Assembly (NCBI GenBank): GCA_028023455.1
Contig: JAQFVV010000002.1
Location: forward strand, 1,240,001 to 1,304,000
Origin: Epiperipatus broadwayi
Lineage: Eukaryota > Animalia > Onychophora
Direction: 5' to 3'
Length of the DNA: 64,000 bases
The position numbers and the translations under genes were made by a program. Numbering within the stretch: position 1 is the stretch's first letter; each line of letters begins with the position of its first letter. This document shows, piece by piece, positions 1-13,280 of this stretch. The notes under the pieces are model-generated. The model ran no database searches. It was not told the DNA's origin and saw only the letters and a list, made by a program, of their open reading frames with translations.

Positions 1-442
1 ACAATAATGTAATTTTGTTAATTTCTTGCATCATTTAATAAATTTACATTATATAATAAGTCATTGCATTGGTTGATAATTTATGTTAATGATATTTAAA
101 TAATTTTACTTTTTTATTTTATTTAAATTTTTGATACTATCTAATATATTTGGCATTGAAATAAAAGTGGTTTTGATTTACTAAAACTATACATATTCAC
201 CAGAATCATTCAAAACTATTTTTTGCTATGTCAGTTCAAACAGTGTATGAAAACAGTTAATTGATTTTCTACTCTTATATATTTATTATGATACACACGG
301 TCATTGAATCTTCATGGCAGGAATATTTCATACAGTTAATTATACATAGCCAATGTAGGTAAAATTTCTTTCTTTGTATTACATTTATTTCCTTAAAACT
401 AATAATATAAGTATTGACTAGACATAACACATGGTCATACAG

Positions 443-445
<3 letters not shown>

Positions 446-486
<41 letters not shown>

Positions 487-503
487 TATATATATATATA
501 TAT
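446..503. repeat. (TA)n microsatellite
   Basis: Direct dinucleotide run; it produces the spurious YI-repeat ORF 275-544. Confidence 0.95.
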
Positions 504-602
504 AATATGATCACTAGATGGAGCTTACCAATAACTCTAAACAAGCTTTGTTTTTATAAGTGCCAAAAGAGATAAAATTCAAAATCTCTATCATTATCCC
601 TA

Positions 603-647
603 CCTCCAGACCAATGATTTCGAGCTTGTGGCTCACCACAGTGGAGG
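603..647 (-). ncRNA. Degenerate type I hammerhead motif (family F, GAGC-CACAA-GCTC stem II)
   Basis: Minus strand CCTCCA-CTGTGGT-GAGC CACAA GCTC-GAAA-TCATTG-GTC-TGGAGG: perfect 6-bp stem I, 4-bp stem II and GUC site, but A6 and A9 of the CUGANGA core are mutated. Confidence 0.55.
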
Positions 648-1900
648 GCTGGGAGTCTAAAAACTAGATCTAAAATACTAACTCAAAAAGTCAGCACTTA
701 TAAAACACATTTCTATCAATTTGAAAGCATGAATTTATCGAACACGTAAATGTCTTCAAATCCAGCCTTACAAACTAGATAGCTATATGGGTCTGAATTC
801 AGCTGTTTCACGACATATCATTTTGGGGATATAGTTTCCTATACATAGAATAAAACATATCTACATTTAATCTAAACTGAAATCATTAAAATGGATATAT
901 TCTCTGATCTTGTATCAGGCTGCTAAACTTATATGAGCAAATAGGTTTAGATTACAGATATTTTTTGAATTTTTGTAAATTACCTTGATAATATTTATTT
1001 AAAAAATGCTAATTTATTTTACTATACACAATAAATGCCTACATATGATATCAAAACTATCTTTCATATTTAAAATTAACATTATCATGGTACATTTAGT
1101 AAATATTGATGCATTTTGTTTATTTTTTTGCATAAAAGTAGGTAATTAAATGTAAAATAGGTCTCCATTATTAATATAAAAAAGACCAGAATAACGAATA
1201 AAAATAGTTTAGAAATATAAATATAGCATTATTATCTAGTGTTCAGTTAATTATTCAAGATTTTAATAGATGGCTCTAGAGTAGAGTGAATAAAGTGAAC
1301 TATTGTTTCTAAAAGTGTATGTTGAATGCAAGATGAGAAAATAATATACTTTCTTAGTACATGGTATCTTTAATTATATCCACTTACAAGAAAAGTTCTG
1401 GTAATGTTAGTTCTGTTTTATAGGTTTAATTGTATATCTTTTAGATATCTTGTACAGATTTCAGTGATTTATATAAAAAATCAAAAATTCATTTTTTTCT
1501 CTGGCAGTAAAAGTACTATTTGAGTTGATTTATTTTTACTTATAAAATTTCAATTTTAAAAGTCTAATATTTCAACTATAAAATATTACAAATATTTATA
1601 ATTGGAATATTTTTTACAAGCATAATAAATATTTGTAGTACTTGAGCTTTATTTGTTGCACAGAGATATTTGGAAACAAATCATTGTAAACTATACAATA
1701 AATATTATATTACTTTACTTTAGTGCAGCTTAACTTTTAAGTAAAAGGTATTATTAATAGTCAAATTCTTATCTGGAAACATTATCAATATTTGTAGTTT
1801 ATGTATTGAAATTTAATCAGTAAAAAGATTATATAATTATACATTTTATTATAGACTTTGAGTTTTAATGTACATTAAATTTTATCAATATATACATATA

Positions 1901-3566
1901 TAATATTTAAATGTATATATATTGTCTATGCTATATTTAATATAATTGTAAAAGACTTAAACTCAGACTTTCCAACTCCCCACAGCTATCCAGTCCATTT
2001 TATACAACTGCTACACATGTCCATGCACATGTGAAAAAGTTAAATGATCTCCAATATACATATATCATGCTGAAACAGCACTCATCAGTTGATCCGAACC
2101 ACTATCTCCACCATATATATAATCACTGCTTAGTTTAGATTAAGTTAGTAAATCTTCAATCTTTAATGGACAAGCTTCAATCATCTTAACTCGCCAACTT
2201 TTCAGCCATCCATATCATTGAAACTCCAAAAGATGAAATGCTCAAACCCTTGATGATGCCAATATTAGTGTCTTATCTATGTTGACCTTAAGTCAGTCTG
2301 ATTCTCGCACATAAGACCTTAGTATGTCCATTTAATTATAAAAAGGGAAGGGTAGAATTCAGGCTGAATCTGTTAATATTTAAATACATGTCTTTTGCCT
2401 ATACAATACTTAATGCAATTATAAAAGACTTGAAGTCAGACTTTTCAAACTTCCCACAGTTATCCAATCTATTGTATACAACTGATACACATGATGACCT
2501 ACATGTGAAAAAGATAAATGATCTCCAATATACATATTTCATGCTGAACCAGCACTCATCAGTTGGTCCAAATCACCATCTTGAACAAACATATACAACA
2601 ACTGCTTAATATAAATTAAGATAGCAAATCTTCAAACTCTAATGGACAAGCTTCAATCTTCTCTACTTTCCAACATTTTAACTATCCATATCCAAGAACA
2701 TTTTAAAGTCCTATGTGTGAGAGGTCAGACTGACTTAAGGTCAACATGGGTATGATGATAATATTTGCATCATCAAGGGTTTTGAGCATCTCATTCTTGG
2801 ACATTCAATAATATGGATGGCTAAAAAGTTGGAAAGTGGAGAAGATTGAAGCTTATCCACCAAAGTTTGAAAATTTCCTATCTTAATATAAACTGAACAA
2901 AGATTTATATATGTGTTTGAGATAGTGATCTGGACCAACTGATCAGTGCTGGTTAGTATGAAATATGTACACTGGATATCATTTATCTTTTTCATATGTA
3001 TGTGGTCATGTGTGTGAGTAGTATAAGAAGGATTGGATAGCTGTGGGGAGTTTGAAAGTCTGAATTCAAGTCCTTTATGATTACATTAAGTAAAGTGTAG
3101 ACCATATAGATGTATTTAAATATTATATATTCAGCCTGGATTCTGCCCATTCATCTTCTGTATAATTTAATAGACATATTAAAATCCTATGTGCGAGGGG
3201 TCTGATTGACTTAAAGTCAACATGAGTATAACAATAATATTGGCATTATCAAGGGTTTTGAGCATTTCCTTTTTGAAATTTCAATGATATGGATGGCTGA
3301 AAAGTTGCTGAGTGGAGAATATTGAAGCTTGTCCATAAAAGTTTGAAGATTTGCTATCTTAATATAAACTGAGCAGTGAGTGTTTATACATGTTGAAGAT
3401 GGTGATCTGAACCAACTCATGAGTGTTAGTTCAGCATGAAATATGTAAATTGGAGATCATTTAAACCTTTTCACATGTATGTGGTCATGTGTATCAGTTA
3501 TATAAGATTGATTGGATAGCTGTGGAGAGTTTGAATGTCTGAGTTAAAGTCCTTTATTTATATAAT
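1901..3566. repeat. Four diverged copies of a ~475-bp HHR-bearing unit (family A): two on minus, two on plus, forming an imperfect ~1.7-kb palindrome
   Basis: Anchors recur ~475 bp apart (aaaagacttaaactcag ~1950 vs aaaagacttgaagtcag ~2423; cctatgtgtgagaggtcag 2710 vs cctatgtgcgaggggtctg 3186). Copies 3-4 are the reverse complement of copies 1-2; copy 2 is truncated at ~2690. Confidence 0.9.
2520..2574 (-). ncRNA. Type I hammerhead ribozyme, best-preserved family A copy
   Basis: gatttgga-CCAA-CTGATGA-GTGCT GGTTC AGCAT-GAAA-TATGTA-TA-TTGG-agatc: intact core, 5-bp stem II, stem I CCAA/TTGG with a bulged extension, self-complementary stem III region ATATGTAT. Sister copies at 2046-2100 (-), 2927-2980 (+) and 3404-3458 (+) each carry one core mutation. 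Confidence 0.8.
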
Positions 3567-5094
3567 TCTAAGTAAAATACTGATAACAAAGAAAGTATGG
3601 GCAAGCCATCGTTTCTAATATCATATAATGGTAATGCTGAAGATATAACATTAATTATTTATAATTTTAAAATGGTAATGTATTATTCAAATTCCATACT
3701 TTGGTATAATGTAAACATTAATCATAATTTTTGATGATAGTTATTATTATACATATTATCATAACAGATTCTATAATTTATTAGGAAAAATAATAATACC
3801 CCTTGTCTTATCAGAGTTTTATTAGTTGTATTCATTTTTAATATTTAAATCTTCTGTAAATTTTAAAATTTATTTAGAAATGTTATTGTTTACTTGATTT
3901 AAAATTAAAACAGTATAAATATTTATAAATTATAATAATGTGTGATTTATTGAAAAAAACTAATTATATTATCTAAATGGCAGGTTAGCATTTTAAAAAA
4001 AGAATTCAATACAGGAATTTGCTGATATTGAATTCCAACAGTCCACTTTCGAGATATCATTATCTCATTAATAAAAATATATTTACCTGCAAATTAAAGT
4101 AGGTAACTACATAAAATATCATAGCTTATATTTTGTTACATGTAAAATCATCAAAAAACAGGCATGATTTTTTGTTGTTGTTTGTATTTATTTTTCATCT
4201 AGACTACTGAATAATTGAATTTTGCTTATTATTTCTGTTTTTAAAGTCTTTATTCCATAGTGTAGGCAAACCACATGCCATACCATTAATATAAGTTACA
4301 ATAAAACTTAGACATTTTTGCAGAAAGATGATTCTTATCTAATTAACCTATTTTTAAACATACATATTTAAGTTAGAAAATCTGCTTGTTAGGTGGTTGC
4401 TTTGTTTGGGATCAATTAGGTTTAACATAATTCTATCAAATAAATTCCTTTCAAATTTTGTATGTATGTTAGAAATTGATGGCAATACAATATGACAATG
4501 AAATATTTCAAGTTGGTATTCTAATTTGTTTACTGTCAAGATGTTGGCAGACCAAAAACATGCTGATATAGATAGGTTCAATAAATTTTCAGTGATACAC
4601 AAGAGAGGACACTTTTTTTTTTTTAAAAAAAAAAGTTTAGGTTAAAAGATATAAACAATGATAAATAAAAAACAATCTTAATTTTTCTTGATTGTAAAAC
4701 TTTCTTTTTTAAAAAAAAATCCATGAAATTTTATTTTTACTTGATTGTAAAGGTTGATTTTTTTAAAATACTTTTCTTTACAAATAAAACAATATTGCAA
4801 ATGATTTTTAATGTGTGTGATTGTGACTTGGAATAATTGCAAAAATATTTGAATACTAATAAATTGAAAAATTATATATATAAATATTATTTATATATAA
4901 ATATAATATGTTACAATAAATACTTTTATTTACTGTAGCTAAAAATCTAAGATTGTTTTCCTCAACCACAAATGAAGTATTATATTTAATTTGAAATAAA
5001 AATTCATTAATTTAGATTCATCTATATATTTAGAAATTAGGTCGAAGATAAGAGTGACCGCTCTTGTCTTTTAAAGTCTTTAATCTTGTGTTTA

Positions 5095-5160
5095 GATTTG
5101 TAGAGGTCCCTACTGTCGCATTTTAGGTGCATAGTTTTATGGTTATAGCCTTAATATATA
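5095..5160 (-). repeat. Dispersed repeat fragment, inverted copy of ~56265-56325
   Basis: tgtagaggtccctactgtcgcattttaggtgcat...agccttaat matches the reverse complement of attaaggctgtagcc...aatgcgatagtagggacctctaca. Confidence 0.75.
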
Positions 5161-7424
5161 TTACTTACGTAATGAGTACGCACTTTACAAATTATTAATT
5201 ACAACAAGGGATTTAATAAATTAATTTATGAACACTCATGCTTTTATTGTAAATCAAATATAAAAATCCCAATTGTAGTTGAAATAAAAAATTTGTCTTT
5301 TTAGTCCACAGTAAATAAAGAGTGCTTATTATAAAATATTTTTTATTTGTACCATATCCAATAGTGATAGAATAGATAATAAGAAACTAGCTATTTTTAG
5401 CTAGAAAATGTTCTCAGATTAATCTGATTGATTGGATGAGAATTAAAATATAAATAATTGTAATATAATGAAGTATATATTATGGATAAAAATATATCAG
5501 TCTATTATGGACATTGAGTATACTCTTTTTTTATTTTATTAAATTTTAACATTATCTGTGATAAGTATACATAGTTCGAATATTAAGTAAAAATAAATTT
5601 AATTTTAAAAAAAGAAGAAAATTATGGTTGCTAAGCAGTATGAATAAAAGATCAAAGTGAACAGCTTTAATGAAGTGTTTACTTTTTTTTTGATAAAAGA
5701 AAGTCACATAAAAAGTTCAACGCTATAAACAATTCTTGGCTCTTTGTAATGCTTAAGACAGAAGAAAAATGTTAAGGCGACTGCATAAATATAAAGCTTA
5801 ATTAGATCTGATATTTGTTCGGATTAAATCTGCTAAAAAATAATGATTTGTTTTACAATTATTTATTTACTTTTAGTAAAACTAAGATTTCTGCTAGAGT
5901 TAATTACAATTAAAACATTGAAATTAAATTTATTTTATGTACTGTGTAGAATTTATGATTAAGTTCATATCATTCTCGAGAATTTAAGGCATTTGGAAAA
6001 AAATTTTCATAAATATATATTTAGTTAAGATTATATTAAATATTTATTACAAGTCTATATCATACACAAAAATATCTCATGGAATAATATTAATGCATTA
6101 TCTTCTATATCTATGACCTGCGATCAAATTTAAACACTGCCAGGTTTGAATCTGTCTTACATTTTTTTTAAAATAGGCAATTTATAGCCAATACAGATAA
6201 CGTATCAAGTATTGATTAAAAATAGAGATTAAAAATTTTTCTTGTTGGTTAAATCAAGAATAAAAACCTCTTAAATCCTTACTTTTAGATATTTGGCAAA
6301 CCTGATGTTTAAATATCTTCCCTTCACCCAGTTTCTTTATAATATGCTTCTAAAGAAAGGTTTTATCCTGAAGTAGCCTATATAAATAATGACAATACAA
6401 TAAAGTATTAGTTTATTAATTTTATGTTAGTGTTTATTATAAAAATGACATCACATAACACTGTAAAAATTATAGATCCTAATAAAGAATTAGTATCTAA
6501 AAGGATTGAGTCTAAACAAACTATGTTCTTTAAAAATATACACTTTTATAGATTGTATTATTGTACTAATTGTAACTCATAATGTTAAATGGTTTATTAC
6601 TCCAGTTAGGTGATGCTAATACAAAAAGAAAGTAGAAACTTTATGTTCTTCCTCTCTATTCTTCTAACTTCTAAATTGTTATCAGCATGAATAATAGTTG
6701 TTTTAATTTAGTATTTTCCAAATAGGATTATTAAATTATTGATTCATTAAGATGCATATCTTTATCTACTCACATTATTGAAATTTGTTTATACACATAA
6801 TGTTTGAGGCATACATATTGCTTCTATTCATCAGAACATGAAGCATTTAGTGTTAATGTGATGTGTGTGCAGATATTTATTAATATTTCAATTATAATGA
6901 TTGAAAGGCATAATTAAATCTTGATTTAATGCATAGTCCTGTAATATAATCTCTTTCAAATATGCAGATTACAATAAATGGAAAAGAAATTTCAATTGAT
7001 CATATTTGTATATGCATAGTAAATGTTCATCTTCTATTAACTAAATCAAGCATATTTGTTTTTTGTTTTTATTAAGAATCAGAAAATAAAAATCTTTACA
7101 AACAAGTTTGCCAAATTACATCAATCTGCTTCTAAGCAAAAACTTATCATGCATTTAATATTTTTTCTGATTCTCATTAAGAAAAATAAATCATTATTTA
7201 TGACCTCATTAATAGAAGTTGAATATTTATTGTGTCAGATAAGATAAATTGAAATTTATTTTTCATTTATTGTAAGCTGAGTAATTGAAAGGATTTGAAT
7301 TATGATACTGTTATTACTTAATTGTGATTTTAATCATATAGTTAAATCTATATGAGTATATAGATTAATATCTATATTCTCACAAAAGAAATCTTTTTTA
7401 TTTGCTTTGTTGACTGTAATAGCA

Positions 7425-7742
7425 TTAAAACAGGCAAAACTCTCCATACAGTAGTGCTACTCAGTACAAGCCAAAATAATCAATTGATGCAAGATTTGTG
7501 CATAAAATCCTTAACCAATGGATGCAAGAAGGTTTATGCATAAAATCCCTATCTAGTGCCTTTTCATCCAATATCCCCAGATTAGTTTCTAGCTTGTGGC
7601 TTTCATCAGCTAGAAACTAGTCTGGGGATATTGGATGAATAGGCACTAGATAGGGCTTTTATGCACAAACTTTTTTGCATCCATTGATTACTCTGGATTG
7701 CACTGAGTGGTACTACTATATGGAGAGTTTTGCCTGTTTTAA
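7425..7742. mobile_element. ~320-bp fold-back element bounded by TTAA, with an HHR motif at its apex
   Basis: Arms ttaaaacaggcaaaactctccata... and ...tatggagagttttgcctgttttaa are reverse complements across almost the whole length. Minus 7575-7609 reads CTGATGA-AAGC CACAA GCTA-GAAA-CTAA-TC-TGGGG; the other arm has GAAA-CTAG-TC. Confidence 0.8.
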
Positions 7743-10059
7743 CAGCTTAAGCAAGCATAAGAAATGGTAATCATATGATGTAATGGTATTGTGGGGCATT
7801 ATATCAGTGTTTGGAGTTTTATCATACCAATCAAATTATGTATATGTAGATACTATTAAAGACATTAAATTATAATTTTGCTGCACATTTTAATTATGAT
7901 AAAAGCTTTTGCAATTATTTTTAAAAAAAGAAAACCATATTTCACAATTTTCATGAATACTAATTATTACTGACTTTTCTATTTCATGATTTGTTTTATT
8001 TTATTGTACCTTTTTATTTACTTTATTTTTTTGATCATTAATTTGAAAGCATGTGCAAAAAAAAAAAAAAAAAGAAAACTCAGTTCTTTTTTTATATTTT
8101 TTTTCTCTAAATTAGGATTCATCTACAGCTATTGAAAAACTATCTACCTATATTATATATCTTGAAAAAGAAATAAACTTACTCCTTGTAATTGTTCATA
8201 TATTGCTTTTTTATTTTTCATTTACAATTGTAAAAAATAATTATTTTTTCATTATTTTTAAAATGCCTGTTTTTTTTTAAAGATGGCATGGTTTTTTTAA
8301 TAAACAATATTTCTACTAATAATCTTTAGTGTATGTGACTAATTTATGATCTCTCTACACTGCTTTATTTATCATTTTTACTTAGTACTTACATGTATAA
8401 TATTAAATCTCTAAAATTAATGTTAAAACATATATATATATATTCTCAAGATTAATATTACAACACTGGTTTAGTAAGTAAATTAAATACATTCAATTCA
8501 AAGCATCTCAATTTCTTTATGAAGGTCTATATAAAACACTTTGGAAAGAAAACACGAAGTATTAAAATCAATCACATTACCTTTTTAAAGCTAAATTTTA
8601 AATTGCTTTATATTATTTTATTTACATTTGTGAAATTTTTCAATTTACAGCTTATAAATATCAAATCAAATAACAAAGTATGTAAATTTAACTTTCCCAA
8701 TAGCTAATATTATGTGTTTAATAAAGATTAATATTCTAACACTGGTTTATTAAATAAATGAAATACTCTCAACCCAAAGCACAAGATAAAACTTTTTGTG
8801 ATAAAAGATAGTCTTTTACCTCAATTCCTTTATGTATGTGTGTAATTTAGAAATAAAATAAATATGTAATATGAAACAAAATTTTCCATAGTCTTTAAAT
8901 TTAAAACATTATTTAAAAAATATTAATTTTGGTTTTGTTCTATTATTTTATTTATATTATTGATACTATTCCTTTAATAATATTTTATATTTGTTTTCAG
9001 GATGGATCTGATTTTATAAAATATGCCTATTAATATCTTCACTAGTAAAATTATTAAGAAGAAAATTATGAATTAAGTAATCAAAGGTACTTCAGAATCA
9101 AAATGAAAAAGAAATAAAAAAATCTGTTGGAAACAGTAAATAAACTACAACTTATTATTTCTTTAATTTTAATTAATTTATTAAGATCTAAGATAAATAA
9201 AATAACATTTTGTCTAAAAATTGTAATTCCATGATAATGTTAAGTAATCAAAAGACAAAAAGATATAAACGTGATTAGATTGTCTATTTTTCTTTCATTC
9301 TCTATTTGGCTAACAAGATGTAAATTAATTTTTGGACATCCACATAATTTGGCTTTATTAGTTTTCATTGATTTTTTTCATCAAGCAAAGATCAGAGGTT
9401 CAAAGTTTTCTCCACTTTCTATTTATATGGATACATGGGTTAAGGTTGCTTTCCCATCTTAATAATTTTCTGTTTCAAAATTTAGTACTTAACACTTTTT
9501 GAATTTTTTCATAAATGTTATCAAAGACTTTTTTCAGTTATTTTCTTATTGTATACATGATTTATCCTATTTGTAATCTTTTTTGATTAATAAATTTATT
9601 TAAAAAAATAGGTTATTATATTTAATATTCATATATTATTAACTCAAATGTTGCAAATTCATTTTTGAAGAACACTCCACTGGCAAAGAGTATTTTTGCA
9701 TTTTATTGAAAATGCTTTTAATCTTAGCATCAATTTTCTGATTATTCATGTAATCAGTAAATGGGGAAGGGGTAATATGGTATAAAAGTACCCTCTCCTT
9801 TTGCAGAGACAACAAAATAAACTGATAATTACAGTTTAAAAAGTATGTTAGGATAGCAGGGTAAATAGATGGATATAAAATCTATATTTAAATAGATGTA
9901 TAGATTATTGAGAGATGAATGTGAGAATAAAAGGAAAGATAGAAATGTAAGTAGATAGATTTACAAATATATAGATGGATAGACAAATAATTGGTGGATT
10001 GGTGAATGGTTGAACAAGTAGATGGGGAGGTATGCTGACAAATAGATATTATACAAAAC

Positions 10060-10190
<131 letters not shown>

Positions 10191-10347
10191 TATTCATTTT
10201 TATTTTAGAAAATATATATATATATTAATATTTATTGATAAAATATTATTTGTCTTTTATCCATATAATATAAATGAACTGTATTTTTAGATTTATATTT
10301 AAATAAGATGATTTTTTATAGATAAGCATGTGTCTTTTTATATGTAC

Positions 10348-11032
10348 CACAATATAACAATACGACTATTGTATAAAACAAAAAAACTTTAAAATAATAT
10401 AAAATACTATTGCCAAGTGCTTTCAACTCATTGGAGTCCTTATCAAGACTGTATAAAAATCATTATTGCCCTATTAAGTGATAAACTCGAACATTTCATT
10501 ATATCTGCCAGGCACAACTAATCCAAAAACTGGTTAACTTTGCATTAATAGTGCCAGAAGAATATTTTTATAGTGTATGATTCCTTAATCTTATGTTTTA
10601 TCATATGTTTCATATATTAATGCACTAAAACCCCATGGATAACAAATATACCCAGTAATACTCTGATGAATATAGAAAGCTGAATTAACTATATCATCTA
10701 TCACCTTTTTATACCAATATTTATGATGTTTACAATGATATATAATATTTTTCTTAGTTTCACCAATATGTATTGCATTACAAAATGTAGGATCAAGGAA
10801 TCATATGCTATAAAAAATTCTTCTTGAGCTATTAATACAAAGTTAACCATTTTTCCAATTAGTTGTGTCTGGCCAATATAATGAAATGGTTAAGTTTGTC
10901 ACTTAATAGAGTAATAATGATTTTTATACTGCCTTGATAAGAACTCAAATGAATTGAAAGTGCTTGGCAATAGTGTTTTATATTATTTTAACATTTCTCT
11001 GTTTTATACAATAGTCATATTGTTATACTGTG
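10348..11032 (-). mobile_element. Penelope-like remnant (family B): GIY-YIG 3' fragment between inverted pseudo-LTRs
   Basis: Minus 10600-10815 translates FYSI*..CNAIHIGETKKNIIYHCKHHKY..NSAFYIHQSITGYIC, aligning to ORF 59068-59865. Arms ~10348-10590 and ~10795-11032 are inverted and homologous to 58875-59060. HHR motifs at 10409-10452 (-) and 10928-10971 (+). Confidence 0.85.
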
Positions 11033-11235
11033 ATTAATATTTTATAATAACAAAAGTATTAGATTTATTATATATGTATCATATTTTTTGTTATTGCAAT
11101 GCAAATTGACAGTGAAAGTTGACTATTTAATACTATAACTCAAGAAGTCAATTATTTATTGGAATTTTTTATACATTTATAAATAAAAAACATATTCTAT
11201 TATTATATATATTTAAAAGGTTTCTATTGTAAATT

Positions 11236-13280
11236 TAATGCGTGTTGGTGAGCAGCCCATCCATGTTCGTATACTATATGAATAATCACATAGTAATAAC
11301 AGCTGCAACGACAAGAACGTATGGAGTGGACATTAGGAATTTGCCCTGCTCGGTTCCTTTAAGGCCTCCAAGAGGAATCAAAGGGTCTCCTTTCAGTTAA
11401 CAGCAAACTCCTTTCTACTGAGACTAGAGAATTTATGAAGAAAAGAAGGAATATGAAGATATACAAAAATGATGCATTAAAAAGAATTGAATATCTCGAA
11501 TTTTGTAAAATGGTGCGGAAAAGAGTTGAGAATGATATAAGAAAGTATAATTGTGAACTAGCAAGGAAATCTGTAAAAGAAAATAAAAGTCTTAAGAATG
11601 TAAAACAACATTTTGGTATTGGTAGGAAATTTATATCTGCAATAAGAAAAAAAGATGGAATTGTTACTAAAAAGAGAGATGACATCATGAAATTGGTAGA
11701 AGATTTTTATCAAGAATTATGTAGTAATAAAGAACAAGTACGTCCTATATCTATTCCATCTTCCGAATTGCCCAGAATTTTAAATGAAGAAGTGAAACAT
11801 GCAATTAAGTGTATGAAGAAAGGAAAGGCTCCAGGAAATGATGGAATTATAATTGATATATTAAAAGAAGCAGGTGAAGAAATAGAAACAATTTTAGCAA
11901 AGTTATATACCAAATGTCTAAATGATAAAGATGTACCGGAAGATTGGAAGAATGCAGTAATAATATTAATATTTAAAAAAGGTGATAAAGAAGATATTAG
12001 AAATTACAGACCTATCAGCCTTTTATCAGTTTTATATAAAATTTTTACCAAGATAATTACAACTCGTCTACAGAGAACATTGGATTTCCACCAACCAAGA
12101 GAACAAGCTGCATTTAAAAGTGGTTTTAGTACAATAGATCATATCCAGGTGTTGAGAGAAGTTATAGAAAGGTCAAATGAATATGAGTTGTCATTATGTT
12201 TTGGATTTGTAGATTATGAAAAGGCATTTGATTCTATAAACATTTCTTTAGTGATTAAAGCATTGGATCATCAAGGTATAGATCCAGGATATTGTCATAT
12301 TTTGAAGAATATTTATAAAAATGCAGCAGCAACAATTAGATTACATAATGATACTGAGAAAGTCAACATTGAGAAAGGTGTAAGACAAGGTGACTCCATA
12401 TCTTCAAAACTTTTTACAGCAGTGCTGCAAGAAGTATTTTGTGGATTAAAATGGGAAACTAAAGGAGTGAAAGTAAATGGAGATTATTTAAGTCATTTAG
12501 ATTTCGCAGATGATGTAGTTGTTTTTTCAAATAATGCTTCAGAGCTGCAGGATATGTTGCAGGAATTATCAGATGAAAGTAGGAAAGTAGGACTAAAGAT
12601 AAATGTTAAAAAGACTAAAGTAATGTTTAATCGATTTGCTCAAAATATGAAAATAAAGATTGATTATGATGAATTAGAAGAAGTTAACAGTTACAAATAT
12701 CTTGGTCAGATTATTAATACAGATGGAAACATAATGGAAGAAATTAATCATAGAATTAAACTTGGTTGGAGTGCTTTTGGCAGAAATAACTTGATACTAA
12801 AAGGAAATATGCCTATGTGTTTGAAAAGGAAGGTTTTTAATAAATGTGTTTTACCAGTTCTTACTTATGGATCTGAGACTTGGACACTTAATAGAAGAGC
12901 AATACAGAGACTTCAGACCACTCAAAGAAGTATGGAGAGATGTATGTTGGGAGTAACAAGAGATCGAAAACGCAATGTATGGGTAAAAGAACAAACGGGT
13001 GTTACTGACCTCATTGAAAAAATTAAAAGATTGAAGTGGAGTTGGGTTGGACATATTGCTAGAAGAGATGATAATAGATGGACAATTGAAATTTTAAACT
13101 GGATTCCAAGAGATTGTAAAAGACCCAGAAAGAGACCACATGTGAGATGGATGGATGAAATAAGAAAGTGTGCGGGGGTGATATGAAGAAGAGTAGCTGA
13201 AGATCGGAGAAGATGGATTAAACTTGGAGAGACCTTCATCCTGCAGTGGATTGATAATGGTTGATAATGATGATGATGAT
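11236..13280 (+). mobile_element. RTE-clade LINE, internally deleted, with an inverted 5'UTR fragment at its 5' end and a (GAT)n tail
   Basis: Nearly identical to the element at 40454-43752. 11236-11416 is the antisense 5'UTR, joined through TTTCT microhomology to the ORF interior. The 3' end reads gataatgatgatgatgat. Confidence 0.95.
11435..13186 (+). CDS. RTE non-LTR reverse transcriptase, N-terminally truncated (no APE domain), premature TGA near the C-terminus
   Basis: 583-aa ORF with [47 protein letters not shown] and [10 protein letters not shown]. The stop replaces a Trp codon present in the other copy. Confidence 0.92.
   Translation: MKKRRNMKIYKNDALKRIEYLEFCKMVRKRVENDIRKYNCELARKSVKENKSLKNVKQHFGIGRKFISAIRKKDGIVTKKRDDIMKLVEDFYQELCSNKEQVRPISIPSSELPRILNEEVKHAIKCMKKGKAPGNDGIIIDILKEAGEEIETILAKLYTKCLNDKDVPEDWKNAVIILIFKKGDKEDIRNYRPISLLSVLYKIFTKIITTRLQRTLDFHQPREQAAFKSGFSTIDHIQVLREVIERSNEYELSLCFGFVDYEKAFDSINISLVIKALDHQGIDPGYCHILKNIYKNAAATIRLHNDTEKVNIEKGVRQGDSISSKLFTAVLQEVFCGLKWETKGVKVNGDYLSHLDFADDVVVFSNNASELQDMLQELSDESRKVGLKINVKKTKVMFNRFAQNMKIKIDYDELEEVNSYKYLGQIINTDGNIMEEINHRIKLGWSAFGRNNLILKGNMPMCLKRKVFNKCVLPVLTYGSETWTLNRRAIQRLQTTQRSMERCMLGVTRDRKRNVWVKEQTGVTDLIEKIKRLKWSWVGHIARRDDNRWTIEILNWIPRDCKRPRKRPHVRWMDEIRKCAGVI

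Noticed and set aside
275-544. 89-aa ORF, and similarly 9961-10197, 21770-21955 and 24147-24491
   Set aside because: Translations of (TA)n, (GATA)n and (AAT)n microsatellites.
1388-1500. Minus-strand exon with good splice signals
   Set aside because: All three frames contain stops; at most a non-coding exon.
2388-3420. ORFs 2388-2609, 2741-2995 and 3217-3420 as a repeated small protein
   Set aside because: They are antisense to the HHR/B-box strand, use different frames in different copies and are not length-conserved.
9271-9462. FGHP motif suggesting a Mononegavirales L protein
   Set aside because: Three-residue match only; no other L motifs nearby.
10663-10685. CTGATGA-ATATA-GAAA-GCT hammerhead-like string
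   Set aside because: No stem I or II; it is the antisense of PLE coding sequence (SAFYIHQS).
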